Sequence record: LC819006.1
DNA: 64,000 nucleotides
Strand: one strand, 5' to 3'
Both the position numbers and the translations under genes were made by a program. Numbering within the stretch: position 1 is the first letter of the stretch; every line of letters starts with the position of its first letter. Below are positions 1-10,202 of the stretch, one piece after another. The notes under the pieces were generated by a model. It was not told the DNA's origin, ran no database searches, and saw only the letters and a list, made by a program, of their open reading frames with translations.

Positions 1-31
1 AGTTCCTCGTGCAAGCACAGGCGACTCCGTA

Positions 32-667
32 ATGGCAACTGAACTCCTACCTGGCATTGGAGCTTCGGGGGATTGGACCCTCAAGCCTCCTTACGATTCC
101 AAGTACACCGCTGGTCTCGCTTACAGCTGTCGGGCGATCAACAAGATCAGTTCCATGGTGGCCACGGGTATTGACGTTCTGAATACCCTGTTCATCCCGG
201 CTGGCTTGGCGCAAGCCGATTACGATGCGGCTGTGGTGGCGGACCTTTCGATGGTTACGCTGCAATCCGCAGCGGGTCAGTTGATCATCCTGCCTTCGAC
301 GTATCTGGCAGGCTGGCCCAGTGGGGACTCCGTACCTTATGCTGTCGTGGGTATGGTGATCAACCTCGGTCCGATTCCGAACACGATCGATCCGACCTTC
401 CTCACGGCAAAGGTTGAGCCTGTCATCAAGAACGCTCTGGGTTTGGACCCCGAGATCCATTACGTTACGTTGTCGGAGACGACCAACAAGACGTGGGACG
501 ATCACGTGGCTCAGGAGAACACACGCACTGCTGCAATCACGGATGGCAATTCGGATTACATCAAGCGTCTGAATGCCGAGGCTGCTTTGACGGCAGCACA
601 AGCCCAGATCGCAGCACTACAGCAAGTCATCATCGATGCTGGTTTGACCATCCCGACAAGCTCATAA
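32..667 (+). CDS. hypothetical protein, probably virion-associated
   Basis: 211-aa ORF with the same codon style as the core genes, followed by a UUCG hairpin; no motif recognised. Confidence 0.6.
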   Translation: MATELLPGIGASGDWTLKPPYDSKYTAGLAYSCRAINKISSMVATGIDVLNTLFIPAGLAQADYDAAVVADLSMVTLQSAAGQLIILPSTYLAGWPSGDSVPYAVVGMVINLGPIPNTIDPTFLTAKVEPVIKNALGLDPEIHYVTLSETTNKTWDDHVAQENTRTAAITDGNSDYIKRLNAEAALTAAQAQIAALQQVIIDAGLTIPTSS

Positions 668-679
668 ACGAAAAAGACT

Positions 680-705
680 CTACTGCTGGCTTCGGCCAGC
701 AGTAG
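680..705. terminator. stem-loop terminator
   Basis: CTACTGCTGGC-TTCG-GCCAGCAGTAG immediately after the stop at 667. Confidence 0.7.
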
Positions 706-735
706 TGATCTTGTGAATTTAGAATAGAGGCGTAT

Positions 736-1395
736 ATGCAAACCGCGATGCTTTTAAAAAAGAAAGCAGCTATAGGGGTGCTGACCAATCTGTTAATGCC
801 GTTTGACGGAAATTTCACAGATCTGGCAGGTAATACTGGCATCACCCAAGCCAACTATAGTTTCTTGACAAACCAGAAGTTCGGACAACAGGCAGTCAAG
901 TTCGGATCGAATGGTGGCGTGACTGTTCCGCTAACATCGAAAATCACTTATGCTGGCGATTTCACAATCGAGACATGGGTATCGATGGGATCGCTAACCG
1001 GCGAGCAGATGCTGATTACTGCTGGGGCTGGGTGTTACATTGACTGCTATACGGGCGGCGCCTATAACGGAGGCGCTCCATGTTTTATTGTTTCGATCAA
1101 TCCGACGAATAGTCATGCGTCAATGATTGTCGTTGGCAATAACTGGACGGTTGGGACACTCCATCACCTGGCACTTTGTCGCTCGGGTTCAACAGTAACT
1201 TTGTACGGCGACGGAGCGGTGAAGGGAACAGTGACCAATACCAATGTATGGGCGAATTCAAACTGGACGATCGGCAACTACACGTCGTCTCCGCTCTACG
1301 GTTTCTCTGGCGGTGTTCAGCAAGTTCGAGCATCGAATGTCTGCCGCTATACCGGACCATTCACGCCGCCGTCTAGCCCGTTCGTTCTCGATTAA
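736..1395 (+). CDS. LamG/concanavalin A-like lectin-domain protein, putative tail/receptor-binding accessory protein
   Basis: GDFTIETWV...LHHLALCRSGSTVTLYGDG...NWTIGNY...FSGGVQQVRASNVCRY fits the LamG-3 pattern; N-terminal MQTAMLLKKK tag. Confidence 0.75.
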   Translation: MQTAMLLKKKAAIGVLTNLLMPFDGNFTDLAGNTGITQANYSFLTNQKFGQQAVKFGSNGGVTVPLTSKITYAGDFTIETWVSMGSLTGEQMLITAGAGCYIDCYTGGAYNGGAPCFIVSINPTNSHASMIVVGNNWTVGTLHHLALCRSGSTVTLYGDGAVKGTVTNTNVWANSNWTIGNYTSSPLYGFSGGVQQVRASNVCRYTGPFTPPSSPFVLD

Positions 1396-1408
1396 GTGAA
1401 GACAGAAT

Positions 1409-1939
1409 ATGCAAGCACTCGCAAAGATATCCGGCACCTGGAAAATTGTTAGGCAGATCTTCGTCAAACAAGGCGGAGTCTGGAAAACGGTTAAGCAGGG
1501 CTACATCAAAAGTGGAGGAGTCTGGAAACTCTTCTTCACACTGGGTTTTACCGCTCAGCCACAAACCTTCGTTCTCAGTAGTCATGCGGCTAGTACCGAT
1601 CTTGCTGAAATTAGTTTAACCGGCATGGGGGTTACGGATCACGGAGCGCTTCTCTCCGATCTGTTCATGTCGCAAAATTACGATAGTGGCGATGAGAACA
1701 GTGTAACGTCGTGGACATATCGAATGATGTACGATTCTTCGTCTGCGCCGCCTAGTTGGAGTGGGAATCTGAAAGTAACCAACCTGAGCTCAGGTATTTC
1801 TGTAACGCTGTCGCCCACAGCGGACCCCAGAACGTGGTTGCTTCAAATTCCCAGCGATGGTAGTCAGACGTATCCGGTTAGTCCTTACGACAAATGGATA
1901 CGTGATTCGATGGATACCTATTCAATCAGTGAAGCATAA
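1409..1939 (+). CDS. putative tail-fibre-associated protein with KxGGxWK repeats
   Basis: N-terminus KISGTWK..VKQGGVWK..IKSGGVWK, a repeat type seen in phage tail proteins. Confidence 0.55.
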   Translation: MQALAKISGTWKIVRQIFVKQGGVWKTVKQGYIKSGGVWKLFFTLGFTAQPQTFVLSSHAASTDLAEISLTGMGVTDHGALLSDLFMSQNYDSGDENSVTSWTYRMMYDSSSAPPSWSGNLKVTNLSSGISVTLSPTADPRTWLLQIPSDGSQTYPVSPYDKWIRDSMDTYSISEA

Positions 1940-1941
1940 AG

Positions 1942-1980
1942 ACATAGACTACTCTCCCGTAAGGGAGAGTAGTCGTATGT
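1942..1980. terminator. bidirectional hairpin between convergent genes
   Basis: ACATA-GACTACTCTCCC-GTAA-GGGAGAGTAGTC-GTATGT. Confidence 0.7.
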
Positions 1981-4491
1981 TTAACTGATTACCACATGTT
2001 CGTTGTAAACGATATTCGTCGGCAACAACACGTTGTCCTTACTCAGCACGCAGGTCTGAGCGAGGTTCGACAAAGCACCGTGGTTAGATTCATAGTGAGA
2101 CACCATGTAGATCTGACCAAAGGCTTGTTCGTCCAACAACTTCTTAACGAAGTAGATAGCTGCTTGACGATGAGTATCGTCGAACGCTGCTTCGAACTCG
2201 TCCAAGAAGAGGGGCAAGTGTCCAAGCCCAAGTTGCCTCAGCGCACACATCCGGAAAGCGAAATTGAAAATCGCTAGCATCGAAGCAGAGCCCTCCGCTA
2301 CATCCTTGTTGGGCTTCCCAGTGCGTTCCTTCCAGAAAGGGAACTTGTAGTCCATCTCCGCCGTACCATCTTCCATTGTGAAAGGCAGGAGTTCGAGGGG
2401 ATAGGACCATACGGAACCGACGACCTTGTTCATCCGCGTCACGAAGACGTTGATAAACCGATGCAGCCCTTCGGCTATGGCGCCATTCGTTGGAGACAGA
2501 GCGATGTGGGCCGCTTTCGCGATCCGCTCGTTCATATGTGCTTCCTCCAGCTGATGGGTGATTTCGTCGACCACATACTGCTGCTGAGTAGCAACGTTCA
2601 ATGCGTCTTCTTTTCTCGCCAGCTGGGTCTGCAAGGACATGATGAGATACCACAGCAACTCCTGATATCTGGAATAGATGTAATCCCTGGCATACTTGGA
2701 CTGCATCTGTGTGTTGTTGAGTAGTTGTTCATTCAGTTTGGCATTCCGATCGTAAGCCGCGATCAGATTCTCAAACGTCGTTACTTCGTCCTGAAGAGTA
2801 CGGAGCTTCTGGGTTTGAATACCCATGGTCTCCTCGATGTGGCGCAGTTCTTTCTCGATAGATTCGAGCGAGTCTGCATCCATGTTCTTCTTCAGAGCGA
2901 TTTGCTCCAGCGCATGAGTTATGACCTTAGCCGCGCGTTGCATGTCGATCTGGTGATCGAGGTCACTGCCGACAGAATGCAAGTCATGAACGATCGTCTG
3001 CGGATACAGCTTGAGACGATTGTTTTGAGTGATCTCGTTGAAGTACGCCGACAGAACAGGAGCCGAGCGCATCAACATGACTACAGCACGGAAGTTCGTG
3101 AAGTACTCATTGGCTTCAGTCAGATGTTTGGCGCGATTCTCACGAATACGCCAGATCGCGTCGAGCCTTTCCTGCAAACTCTTAACGATCCCTTCAGCCT
3201 TAACGAGATCTTCTTCGGATGCCTGATTGAGCCATTTATGATGACACGACGGACATTCGATCGAATCCTGCTGAACATGAGAGCGACGATGCGCTATATC
3301 CTCCGTTAGACGGGCTATACGGGCCCTCAGAGGCCCTGCTTCGGCATCGATCTCACGGATGGACTCTTCGTACTTCTGAACGCGCTCAGGCGTGAATACG
3401 CCGTCGTTAGCGACCAGACGATTCAGGGCTTCGACCAGATCCGACTGCAATTCAAGGAAAGCTTCCTTGGCTTGTTGAGCATCTGACGGAGGCGTGATTT
3501 TGTTGAATACCAGATAGTTGGCCTTGAACGCGATTTCGTCCTGTGCGTCCTTGACCTTCTTTTCCAGTTCAGCAATCGATTCAGTCCCTGCCTTGATCAT
3601 CAAGTCGTACTTCTTCTTGATGCGGGTATGATCCGTAAACAAGTGCTGGGACAGTTGCTGGGTCGAATGGATCTGAAGCTTGGCGGCATCCCGTGCTTCC
3701 ACAAGTTCGTCACGAGTCTCGTAGCCACAGTTCTCCAGCATCGAGTTGTTCAGACGATCGACTTCATTACAAGCCGTCTGAAGCATCTGATCGAGACCAG
3801 CCATCTGCGTCATGATTGCATCAGGCTTCTCTGCCTGAGCATTGCGCATACCGTAGATTTCCTGGATCAGCTTCTTGATCTCATCGGTCTCTTCTTTCAT
3901 CTGCGCAACGACGGTTTTGTCGATGAGTTTGTTGGTCTCATCGACTTGTCGTTTTTGCAAACGCTTGATCATGCCCTGAGCATCGCGGTGTTGATCCTGA
4001 AGCTTCTTGTACGCACTCATGGCATACGTGAAGTCTGTGTCGGCCAGACGGATCATCCAGTAGCGACGACGGCTAGGACTCATCTCCGTTAGCTTCTCAT
4101 AACCGAGAGCGAGACTACGGATCTCTTCTGTTACGCCGAAATGCTCCAGACACAGAGCGCGGCACATTTCGATCTTGTAACCATCGTTCAGTTCAATACC
4201 GTCGACGATAAATTCGTGCTTCGGTTTATTGTTCTCGAACGTGGAGATGATCTGGTATTGCTTTCCGTTGTAAGTACACTGGAAGTCGAAACGACCACCT
4301 ACACCGAAATCGTCTTTATTGGCAGGCAGCGGCCAGAGCATGTGCATGAAGGAGCTCTTGCCAGCACCATTGGTGCCGAGAATTGTTTGGAGAGCATAAG
4401 CGGAGTCAGGAGTAAACAGAATCCGACTTCCGGTTAGGCTCATGCGGATATAGTTCACGAGTTCTACGCTCGTGATAATCATCTTGCTCAT
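1981..4491 (-). CDS. sbcC: SbcC/Rad50-like SMC ATPase
   Basis: Walker A GTNGAGKSS, long coiled coil, central zinc-hook CPSC, Walker B LFLDEF, H-loop SH. Confidence 0.85.
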   Translation of the reverse strand: MSKMIITSVELVNYIRMSLTGSRILFTPDSAYALQTILGTNGAGKSSFMHMLWPLPANKDDFGVGGRFDFQCTYNGKQYQIISTFENNKPKHEFIVDGIELNDGYKIEMCRALCLEHFGVTEEIRSLALGYEKLTEMSPSRRRYWMIRLADTDFTYAMSAYKKLQDQHRDAQGMIKRLQKRQVDETNKLIDKTVVAQMKEETDEIKKLIQEIYGMRNAQAEKPDAIMTQMAGLDQMLQTACNEVDRLNNSMLENCGYETRDELVEARDAAKLQIHSTQQLSQHLFTDHTRIKKKYDLMIKAGTESIAELEKKVKDAQDEIAFKANYLVFNKITPPSDAQQAKEAFLELQSDLVEALNRLVANDGVFTPERVQKYEESIREIDAEAGPLRARIARLTEDIAHRRSHVQQDSIECPSCHHKWLNQASEEDLVKAEGIVKSLQERLDAIWRIRENRAKHLTEANEYFTNFRAVVMLMRSAPVLSAYFNEITQNNRLKLYPQTIVHDLHSVGSDLDHQIDMQRAAKVITHALEQIALKKNMDADSLESIEKELRHIEETMGIQTQKLRTLQDEVTTFENLIAAYDRNAKLNEQLLNNTQMQSKYARDYIYSRYQELLWYLIMSLQTQLARKEDALNVATQQQYVVDEITHQLEEAHMNERIAKAAHIALSPTNGAIAEGLHRFINVFVTRMNKVVGSVWSYPLELLPFTMEDGTAEMDYKFPFWKERTGKPNKDVAEGSASMLAIFNFAFRMCALRQLGLGHLPLFLDEFEAAFDDTHRQAAIYFVKKLLDEQAFGQIYMVSHYESNHGALSNLAQTCVLSKDNVLLPTNIVYNEHVVIS

Positions 4492-4557
4492 TCACGTCCT
4501 CTTGTTGGACAGCGGGTACAGATAATACGATCAACTGATAAATTTTTAGGAACCAAT

Positions 4558-5559
4558 ATGGCTGCGGATACTCCGGCAAATTCGACGCCCGGAACACCTG
4601 ACCCCACTGGGTCCAAGTTTCATTTCTATTCTTTCGGGATCGTTGGTGCCAATAAGCCTCGTCATGAGGGCGACGGTCCTTGCATGATGATCGAAGTCTT
4701 CCCGCAAGAGAAGTTCACTATGTCGGCTGGTGAAATCACCGACAACGTGGAGAAGATCGATGTTAAAGGTCAAGACGCTAGTGGCCAGGATTATCAAGGC
4801 AAGATCGAGTCGAAGCCGACCATCACTGCCATGTGGCTGCCTATCGGAGAGCCAAATCGAGTTACTCCTCCAGACGTACGGCGTAACGAGATGGTCATCA
4901 TCTATCGATACGCCGACACTCAGTACTACTTCTGGTCAACCGCTTTCAACAATACCCTACGGAAACTGGAAACGGTAACCCACTGGTATTCGGGTACACC
5001 TGACGATGGTCCGAATGCAGATACGGAACGAACTGCTGACAACGGCTACATCGTTGAAGTGTCCACACATGACGGCCACATCCTGATCTCGACTTCCAAG
5101 AAAAACGGTGAGAAGTGTCGTTACACCTGTGCTTTCGATACCAAGAACGGCAAGTTCAATCTGGAAGACGATCTGGGTAACGAGATCGAACTCGATTCGG
5201 TTGCAGGCGTCATGACTGCTACGACGGAAAACCAGATCATTCACAACACGAAGAAGTTCACCTCGAACTGTGAAGAGTTTGAAGTGAATGCTTCCAAGAG
5301 CGTTCAGTTCAACACGCCTAAGACCGGTATGTCTCAAGACATGCAAGTGGATGGCAATTCTCTTCAGAAGGGTTTCGCCAACTTCACGACCGGTATTGGC
5401 GGCGGTGGATCTGGCGACACTGGCGCAGACCTGGAGTTTAAGGGCAACGTTCAACAGACGGGCTCCTGGACAACCAATGGCAAACAGACCATCAATGGCG
5501 AAATCGTCGTTCATGGCCAGGGTACTTTCGACGGCAACGTCAACGCACCGAACGTGTAA
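4558..5559 (+). CDS. putative baseplate central spike/hub protein (Gp5/VgrG-like)
   Basis: OB-fold-like N-terminus (PPDVRRNEMVIIYRYAD) and a C-terminal beta-helix-like region with periodic Gly; strong RBS AGGA. Confidence 0.55.
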   Translation: MAADTPANSTPGTPDPTGSKFHFYSFGIVGANKPRHEGDGPCMMIEVFPQEKFTMSAGEITDNVEKIDVKGQDASGQDYQGKIESKPTITAMWLPIGEPNRVTPPDVRRNEMVIIYRYADTQYYFWSTAFNNTLRKLETVTHWYSGTPDDGPNADTERTADNGYIVEVSTHDGHILISTSKKNGEKCRYTCAFDTKNGKFNLEDDLGNEIELDSVAGVMTATTENQIIHNTKKFTSNCEEFEVNASKSVQFNTPKTGMSQDMQVDGNSLQKGFANFTTGIGGGGSGDTGADLEFKGNVQQTGSWTTNGKQTINGEIVVHGQGTFDGNVNAPNV

Positions 5560-5599
5560 ACATAGACTACAGAGAGGGCTTGCGCCCTCTCTGTATGTC
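5560..5599. terminator. bidirectional hairpin between convergent genes
   Basis: TACAGAGAGGGC-TTGC-GCCCTCTCTGTA with ACATAGAC and TGTC flanks. Confidence 0.7.
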
Positions 5600-5602
5600 C
5601 GG

Positions 5603-6880
5603 TTATGCCACCTGGATCTGAATCTCTTCTTCGATGAGCTTCACGAACATGGCATCTCCCAATGTTCCTGCTTTACCCATCCACATCTGGTTATCCACTG
5701 CTACCCGATCGTCCGAGCCAACAGTGTTAAACAGATAGTTTCGTTTGAATGTGTCGTGACAACGCAGCATCCAGCCACCAGCCTCGTATTGCGACCAGTA
5801 GACTTCGTGCTTGCCTTCCCCCGTGACCAGCGGCCACTTGGGTTCTTCCCACGACATAAACGTGTGGGGAACGGTTTGCTTTTCCGGATAGGTACGCTCG
5901 ACCACCAGATTCGACGTATCGAGCAACACCATGAAAGACTGGCTCATGGTGAAGTAGTTCTGGAGGTAAGCCTGCGACTTGAATTGCTGCGCGATCACCC
6001 AGTTCGGATTGTCGACCTGATGCTGGATGTTGAACGCCGAGAAGTCCAGATACGGCTCGCTCTCGAAGTAACGTTCCAGGAACGGGTACTTGAACGTCTT
6101 GAATGTCAGCACGTTCGTATTGGTGAGCAACACCTGATCGTTATCCGGCAAGAGCATGTAGCCGCCGAGAATCAGGATGGGCGTCTTTACGCACAGATCG
6201 CATTCGGTGAATTCGATGTGGACCTTATCGACCAGACCCGTATCCGGGTTCAGATCGAACGACAGCATGTCAGGCGTGATCGCATGGATGTCAAACGTAC
6301 CGAAAGTAGCGAACGACAGAAGACCCAGTTGATTCGCACCTGACTTCATCCGCGACTTGTTACCGTCGATGATGTAATAGCCTTTCGAGTCAGCTGCCGA
6401 GTTATGGTAGAAACCATTCACGTTGGGCAGGATCTTCGAGCGCATCGACACATAGTCGAAACCCTGCTGATCGCCGGGATTGTCGGGCTTCACAACCACG
6501 TGCGGTTTCTGTTCCTGAGTCAACTCCACACCTGCTCCGACCATGTAGTCGATGGAGTCTGCCCAGAAGTCAGCTTCCCACAAATCACTGAAGATTGCGT
6601 TGTTTCGAACGATGACCGGACTACCTACAACCGTAGGTAAAGTTTTATTGCCATTCGCGGTCAGATAGTCTGAAATCGTCCCCACATTGGCCTGGATGCC
6701 AGCAGCAACGTTTTCCAGATCCAACGTCAATTCCGTGTCGGTGATTCCGTCCGTCAGGACGACGTAGATCTGGCGGTATTTGGTCAGGAGAGTGCTCGTC
6801 AGTGCAGTCGAGATATCGACAACGGACCAGCGTTTATTTGTGCCGGGTTGAACGGCGAGAGCACGAACGAAGGTGTACAT
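5603..6880 (-). CDS. putative virion structural protein
   Basis: 425-aa ORF among tail genes with core-gene codon style; no catalytic motif. Confidence 0.55.
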   Translation of the reverse strand: MYTFVRALAVQPGTNKRWSVVDISTALTSTLLTKYRQIYVVLTDGITDTELTLDLENVAAGIQANVGTISDYLTANGNKTLPTVVGSPVIVRNNAIFSDLWEADFWADSIDYMVGAGVELTQEQKPHVVVKPDNPGDQQGFDYVSMRSKILPNVNGFYHNSAADSKGYYIIDGNKSRMKSGANQLGLLSFATFGTFDIHAITPDMLSFDLNPDTGLVDKVHIEFTECDLCVKTPILILGGYMLLPDNDQVLLTNTNVLTFKTFKYPFLERYFESEPYLDFSAFNIQHQVDNPNWVIAQQFKSQAYLQNYFTMSQSFMVLLDTSNLVVERTYPEKQTVPHTFMSWEEPKWPLVTGEGKHEVYWSQYEAGGWMLRCHDTFKRNYLFNTVGSDDRVAVDNQMWMGKAGTLGDAMFVKLIEEEIQIQVA

Positions 6881-6966
6881 AAATTCCTCTCTCTTGACCC
6901 TGGGGGGTCAAGAATAATATGACCTCAAAATTAAAGTTTTATCTTATTTAACCGGAGAAAGCAGTT

Positions 6967-9042
6967 ATGTCCGATCCCGTGACCAGCTATCCGTTTGACC
7001 CCACAGGGCAGGCGGCTAGCAACCGAATCGTGGATGAACAGATCGTCGTCCTCCCTCCGGGTGACCGACTGTTCCAGTTCGCCATGCCAGTCTTCTGTCC
7101 TTTCTTCGAAGAAGGACACTCGCTGAAGCTGCGTGATATCAATAACAACGTCACACCATTAGTAATGGGTGTCGACTATTACCTCAGTCACAAGTTCATG
7201 GATGCCTCCTTGGCTACCATGCATCCGATCTGGGGTTCGGTCAGCTTTCTGAAGCCGATCAGCGGTGTTCTGCTGATGACGTACAACACCCTCGGTGGTG
7301 ATTGGACGATCGATCAGGCGACGATTACCGAAATCCTGATGAACACGAGCCAGAACCCGCGTATCACCACGTGGGAACAGGTCGTGGAACGTCCGGTGGA
7401 TTTCCCGGTGATCGATCACCCGTGGGATCTGGCCGATATGGTCGGCATGTCGGAAATCTACGGCGTGCTGGAGAACTTCTACACCGCTTACCTCGCGTCT
7501 CTGGACCCGAATGGCGGTGGTGGCGGTTCCTCGATCATCATCGATCACATCAACAACAAGAACAACCCTCACCAGGTGACGGCTGCTCAGGCCGGCGCTT
7601 ACAGCACGCTTCAGATCGACACGATGCTGGGCGGCTATGTCAAGACGACCGGCACTGCTGCGAACTCGACCCAGTTCAACGGGAAGACGTACGCTCAGAT
7701 GCTCACTGACGTGGCTGGGGTGAAGGTCGCAAACGCTGCCGCCGCAGACAATGCGACGCATGCTGTCACGGCTGATACGGCAACGAACGCCAACGCGCTC
7801 GGCAACAAGAGTCTGTCGCAGCTGATGACTGACGTGGCCGCTACGAAAGTCGCAAACGCTGCTCATGCAGACAATGCCGACCATGCAACAAATGCTGACC
7901 TGGCGACCAACTCCAACCAGTTGGGTGGTCAGTCGCTGACCCAGGTACTCGCCGCGGCTCAGGCTCAAACGGCTGCAGACTCCGCCAAATTCAACGGCAA
8001 GAACTATGCTGATGCAAAGGCAGACATTCTTTCCGGACAGGCAGCAGACTCGGCTCTGTTCAACGGTCAAACGTTGGCAGAGATCATGGCAACACTCCAG
8101 CAAGCTACAGGCGACGCCAGCACGCTGAATGGCAAGTCGTATACCGACATCATGGCGGCAGTGAAGACCACCAAGGTCGACAATGCTACCAATGCAGATA
8201 CGGCAGCCAACGCAACGGCACTCGGTGGCCAGACTCTCTCGCAGATTCTGACGTCGGTGGCAGGTGTGGTTCCTGACCTGGCACACAACTCGGAAGCTGT
8301 GTACGGCTACACGTTCGACCAGCTGGTCACCGCTATCGGACAAAGCACGACCTGGGTGAACGGCCTCGACTACCTGTGTGTTGATCTCGATCTGGAACAC
8401 GCCACGTTGCAGTCGCCGGCGAATGGCGGTACGGTTGACAATTCGTACCACTACCTGTATGTCGGTTCGTTCCCGATTCCGACGACGGGTTCCAGCAACC
8501 AGTACTACGACCCGACTCAAGAGCTTTATAGCTCATCGATGGACTTCTTCATCTACGGTCAGTCGAAGACTCAGCGTCTGCGTGCAAACTTGCAGGTAAA
8601 CGCCGACAACAAGACGATGGGCATCACGTACTACAATGATACCGGACTGGATGTATCGGTTGCGGGTCTGGGCTTCCGCACGGTTGCCAGTACGCTGAAG
8701 TCTTCGGATAACTCGCAGACGGCAAACGTCAACGAAGTTTATCTGAAAGTCAAGACGAGCGAAAACGTCCGTCGTGTTGGTATCTTCCAATTCACGAAGA
8801 ACAGCTTCGTCATCGACGAATCTGAATCGCTGAGTCTCTACGACTCGACGTTCGTGAATCTGAATGGCGTGACCTGGGTCAACCCGAGTCAAACCGCTCA
8901 GGAAGCCGCAAACGCTGCTGCTGTTACGGCAGAAGCTTCGGCACGTGGAACTGCTGATGCGGCAATCCGCACGGACACTCAGGCAGCGCTGGACGCACTG
9001 GCTGATCAGATCAACTCTCTCACCAGCACTCCGGCTGCTTAA
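6967..9042 (+). CDS. tail-fibre-like virion protein
   Basis: N-terminal YPFDPTG..N.I..E virion-type domain; central Ala/Thr/Asn-rich shaft with about 8 (N/D)(S/A)xx(F/L)(N/G)G(K/Q)(T/S) repeats; distinct C-terminal domain. Confidence 0.7.
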   Translation: MSDPVTSYPFDPTGQAASNRIVDEQIVVLPPGDRLFQFAMPVFCPFFEEGHSLKLRDINNNVTPLVMGVDYYLSHKFMDASLATMHPIWGSVSFLKPISGVLLMTYNTLGGDWTIDQATITEILMNTSQNPRITTWEQVVERPVDFPVIDHPWDLADMVGMSEIYGVLENFYTAYLASLDPNGGGGGSSIIIDHINNKNNPHQVTAAQAGAYSTLQIDTMLGGYVKTTGTAANSTQFNGKTYAQMLTDVAGVKVANAAAADNATHAVTADTATNANALGNKSLSQLMTDVAATKVANAAHADNADHATNADLATNSNQLGGQSLTQVLAAAQAQTAADSAKFNGKNYADAKADILSGQAADSALFNGQTLAEIMATLQQATGDASTLNGKSYTDIMAAVKTTKVDNATNADTAANATALGGQTLSQILTSVAGVVPDLAHNSEAVYGYTFDQLVTAIGQSTTWVNGLDYLCVDLDLEHATLQSPANGGTVDNSYHYLYVGSFPIPTTGSSNQYYDPTQELYSSSMDFFIYGQSKTQRLRANLQVNADNKTMGITYYNDTGLDVSVAGLGFRTVASTLKSSDNSQTANVNEVYLKVKTSENVRRVGIFQFTKNSFVIDESESLSLYDSTFVNLNGVTWVNPSQTAQEAANAAAVTAEASARGTADAAIRTDTQAALDALADQINSLTSTPAA

Positions 9043-9053
9043 TCTGAGGAATC

Positions 9054-10175
9054 ATGAGCGACGTCAACATCACTCCCGTCTCACATGTTTTCGACGAGAC
9101 CGGCACCCTTGCCGAGAACTACGTCGAGAACGAACAACGAGATCTGGCACAGCGCAACATCCGCGCTGCTTGCACGCGATACGGTGCTTTCTTCATCGAA
9201 TCGTTCAAGATCCGGGACGCCAATGGCAATCCGCTTGCGGCGAACCAATACCAGTTTGGCCTGTTCGCAGAAGAACTGTCCGAAAAGACTGGTAAGGAAA
9301 TCGCAGGTGCGGTGATCATCACCGACCCGGCAGTGATTTCGCCTGTCTTCATGGACTACCAGTGTGTCGGTGGTCCGTGGGGCGCAACAAACGAGCAGAT
9401 CATCGATCTGTTCACGGCGTTGATGTCTGACGACCGTCCTGTGACGTGGCCGAACATTCTGGGTAAACCGGATGGCTTCAAGCCTGCTCACCACTTCCAG
9501 GATATCGGTGACCTCTTCGGTGCCGAGTACTTCGTCAATGCGCTGGAGCGTCTGACTAACGCGTACCTCATGGGCGACAATGCGTCGCACGATGAGATTC
9601 TGCGTAACATCGATCAGCTGCGTCAGGACATGAATCAGGGCTTGACTGACCTGAGCAATGCTCTGAAGGCATACGCGGATGCAGGTGATGCACGTGTTCA
9701 GGCTAACCTGGATAACGAAGCACAAATCCGCGCTCAGGCTGATACGACGCTCCAGGGCAACATCAACACGGAAGCGACGACTCGCGGCAATGCCGACACG
9801 ACTCTGCAGAACAACATCAACGCCGCGATCACGCATGCGGATAACGGCGATGCTGCACTTCAGCAGAACATTAACTCGGAAGCCACGGCCCGTCAGAACG
9901 CCGACACGGCACTCAATACGAGTATCAATTCGGTGAACACGGCTCTCGCCACTCACGTGGCCGCAAAGGGCAACGTGCACAGCCTGACACCTGCGCAGCT
10001 GGGCGTCTATACGACTGCTCAGGTGGACGCACTGATTGCTCAGATCAACAACCAGCTGACCGGCTATGTCAAGAAGAATGCCGGCGAAGACACCTCGCTT
10101 ACCGTGAGCGGTGGCGTGTTGTATGGCTGGGTGGGTGGTAACTGGCGTGCAGTTTGGCCGCCCCAGTGGCAGTGA
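9054..10175 (+). CDS. tail-fibre-like virion protein with coiled-coil repeats
   Basis: N-terminus resembles that of 6967..9042 (FDETGTLAENYVENE); EAxxRxxADxxLQxNI repeats; C-terminal GWVGGNWRAVWP. Confidence 0.65.
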   Translation: MSDVNITPVSHVFDETGTLAENYVENEQRDLAQRNIRAACTRYGAFFIESFKIRDANGNPLAANQYQFGLFAEELSEKTGKEIAGAVIITDPAVISPVFMDYQCVGGPWGATNEQIIDLFTALMSDDRPVTWPNILGKPDGFKPAHHFQDIGDLFGAEYFVNALERLTNAYLMGDNASHDEILRNIDQLRQDMNQGLTDLSNALKAYADAGDARVQANLDNEAQIRAQADTTLQGNINTEATTRGNADTTLQNNINAAITHADNGDAALQQNINSEATARQNADTALNTSINSVNTALATHVAAKGNVHSLTPAQLGVYTTAQVDALIAQINNQLTGYVKKNAGEDTSLTVSGGVLYGWVGGNWRAVWPPQWQ

Positions 10176-10202
10176 TAATTTCATAAGATTTACCCTTATG
10201 GT

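Noticed and set aside
5288-6343. 351-aa plus-strand ORF spanning two genes and a terminator
   Set aside because: It runs through the hairpin at 5560 and lies antisense to 5603..6880; no RBS and no motif.
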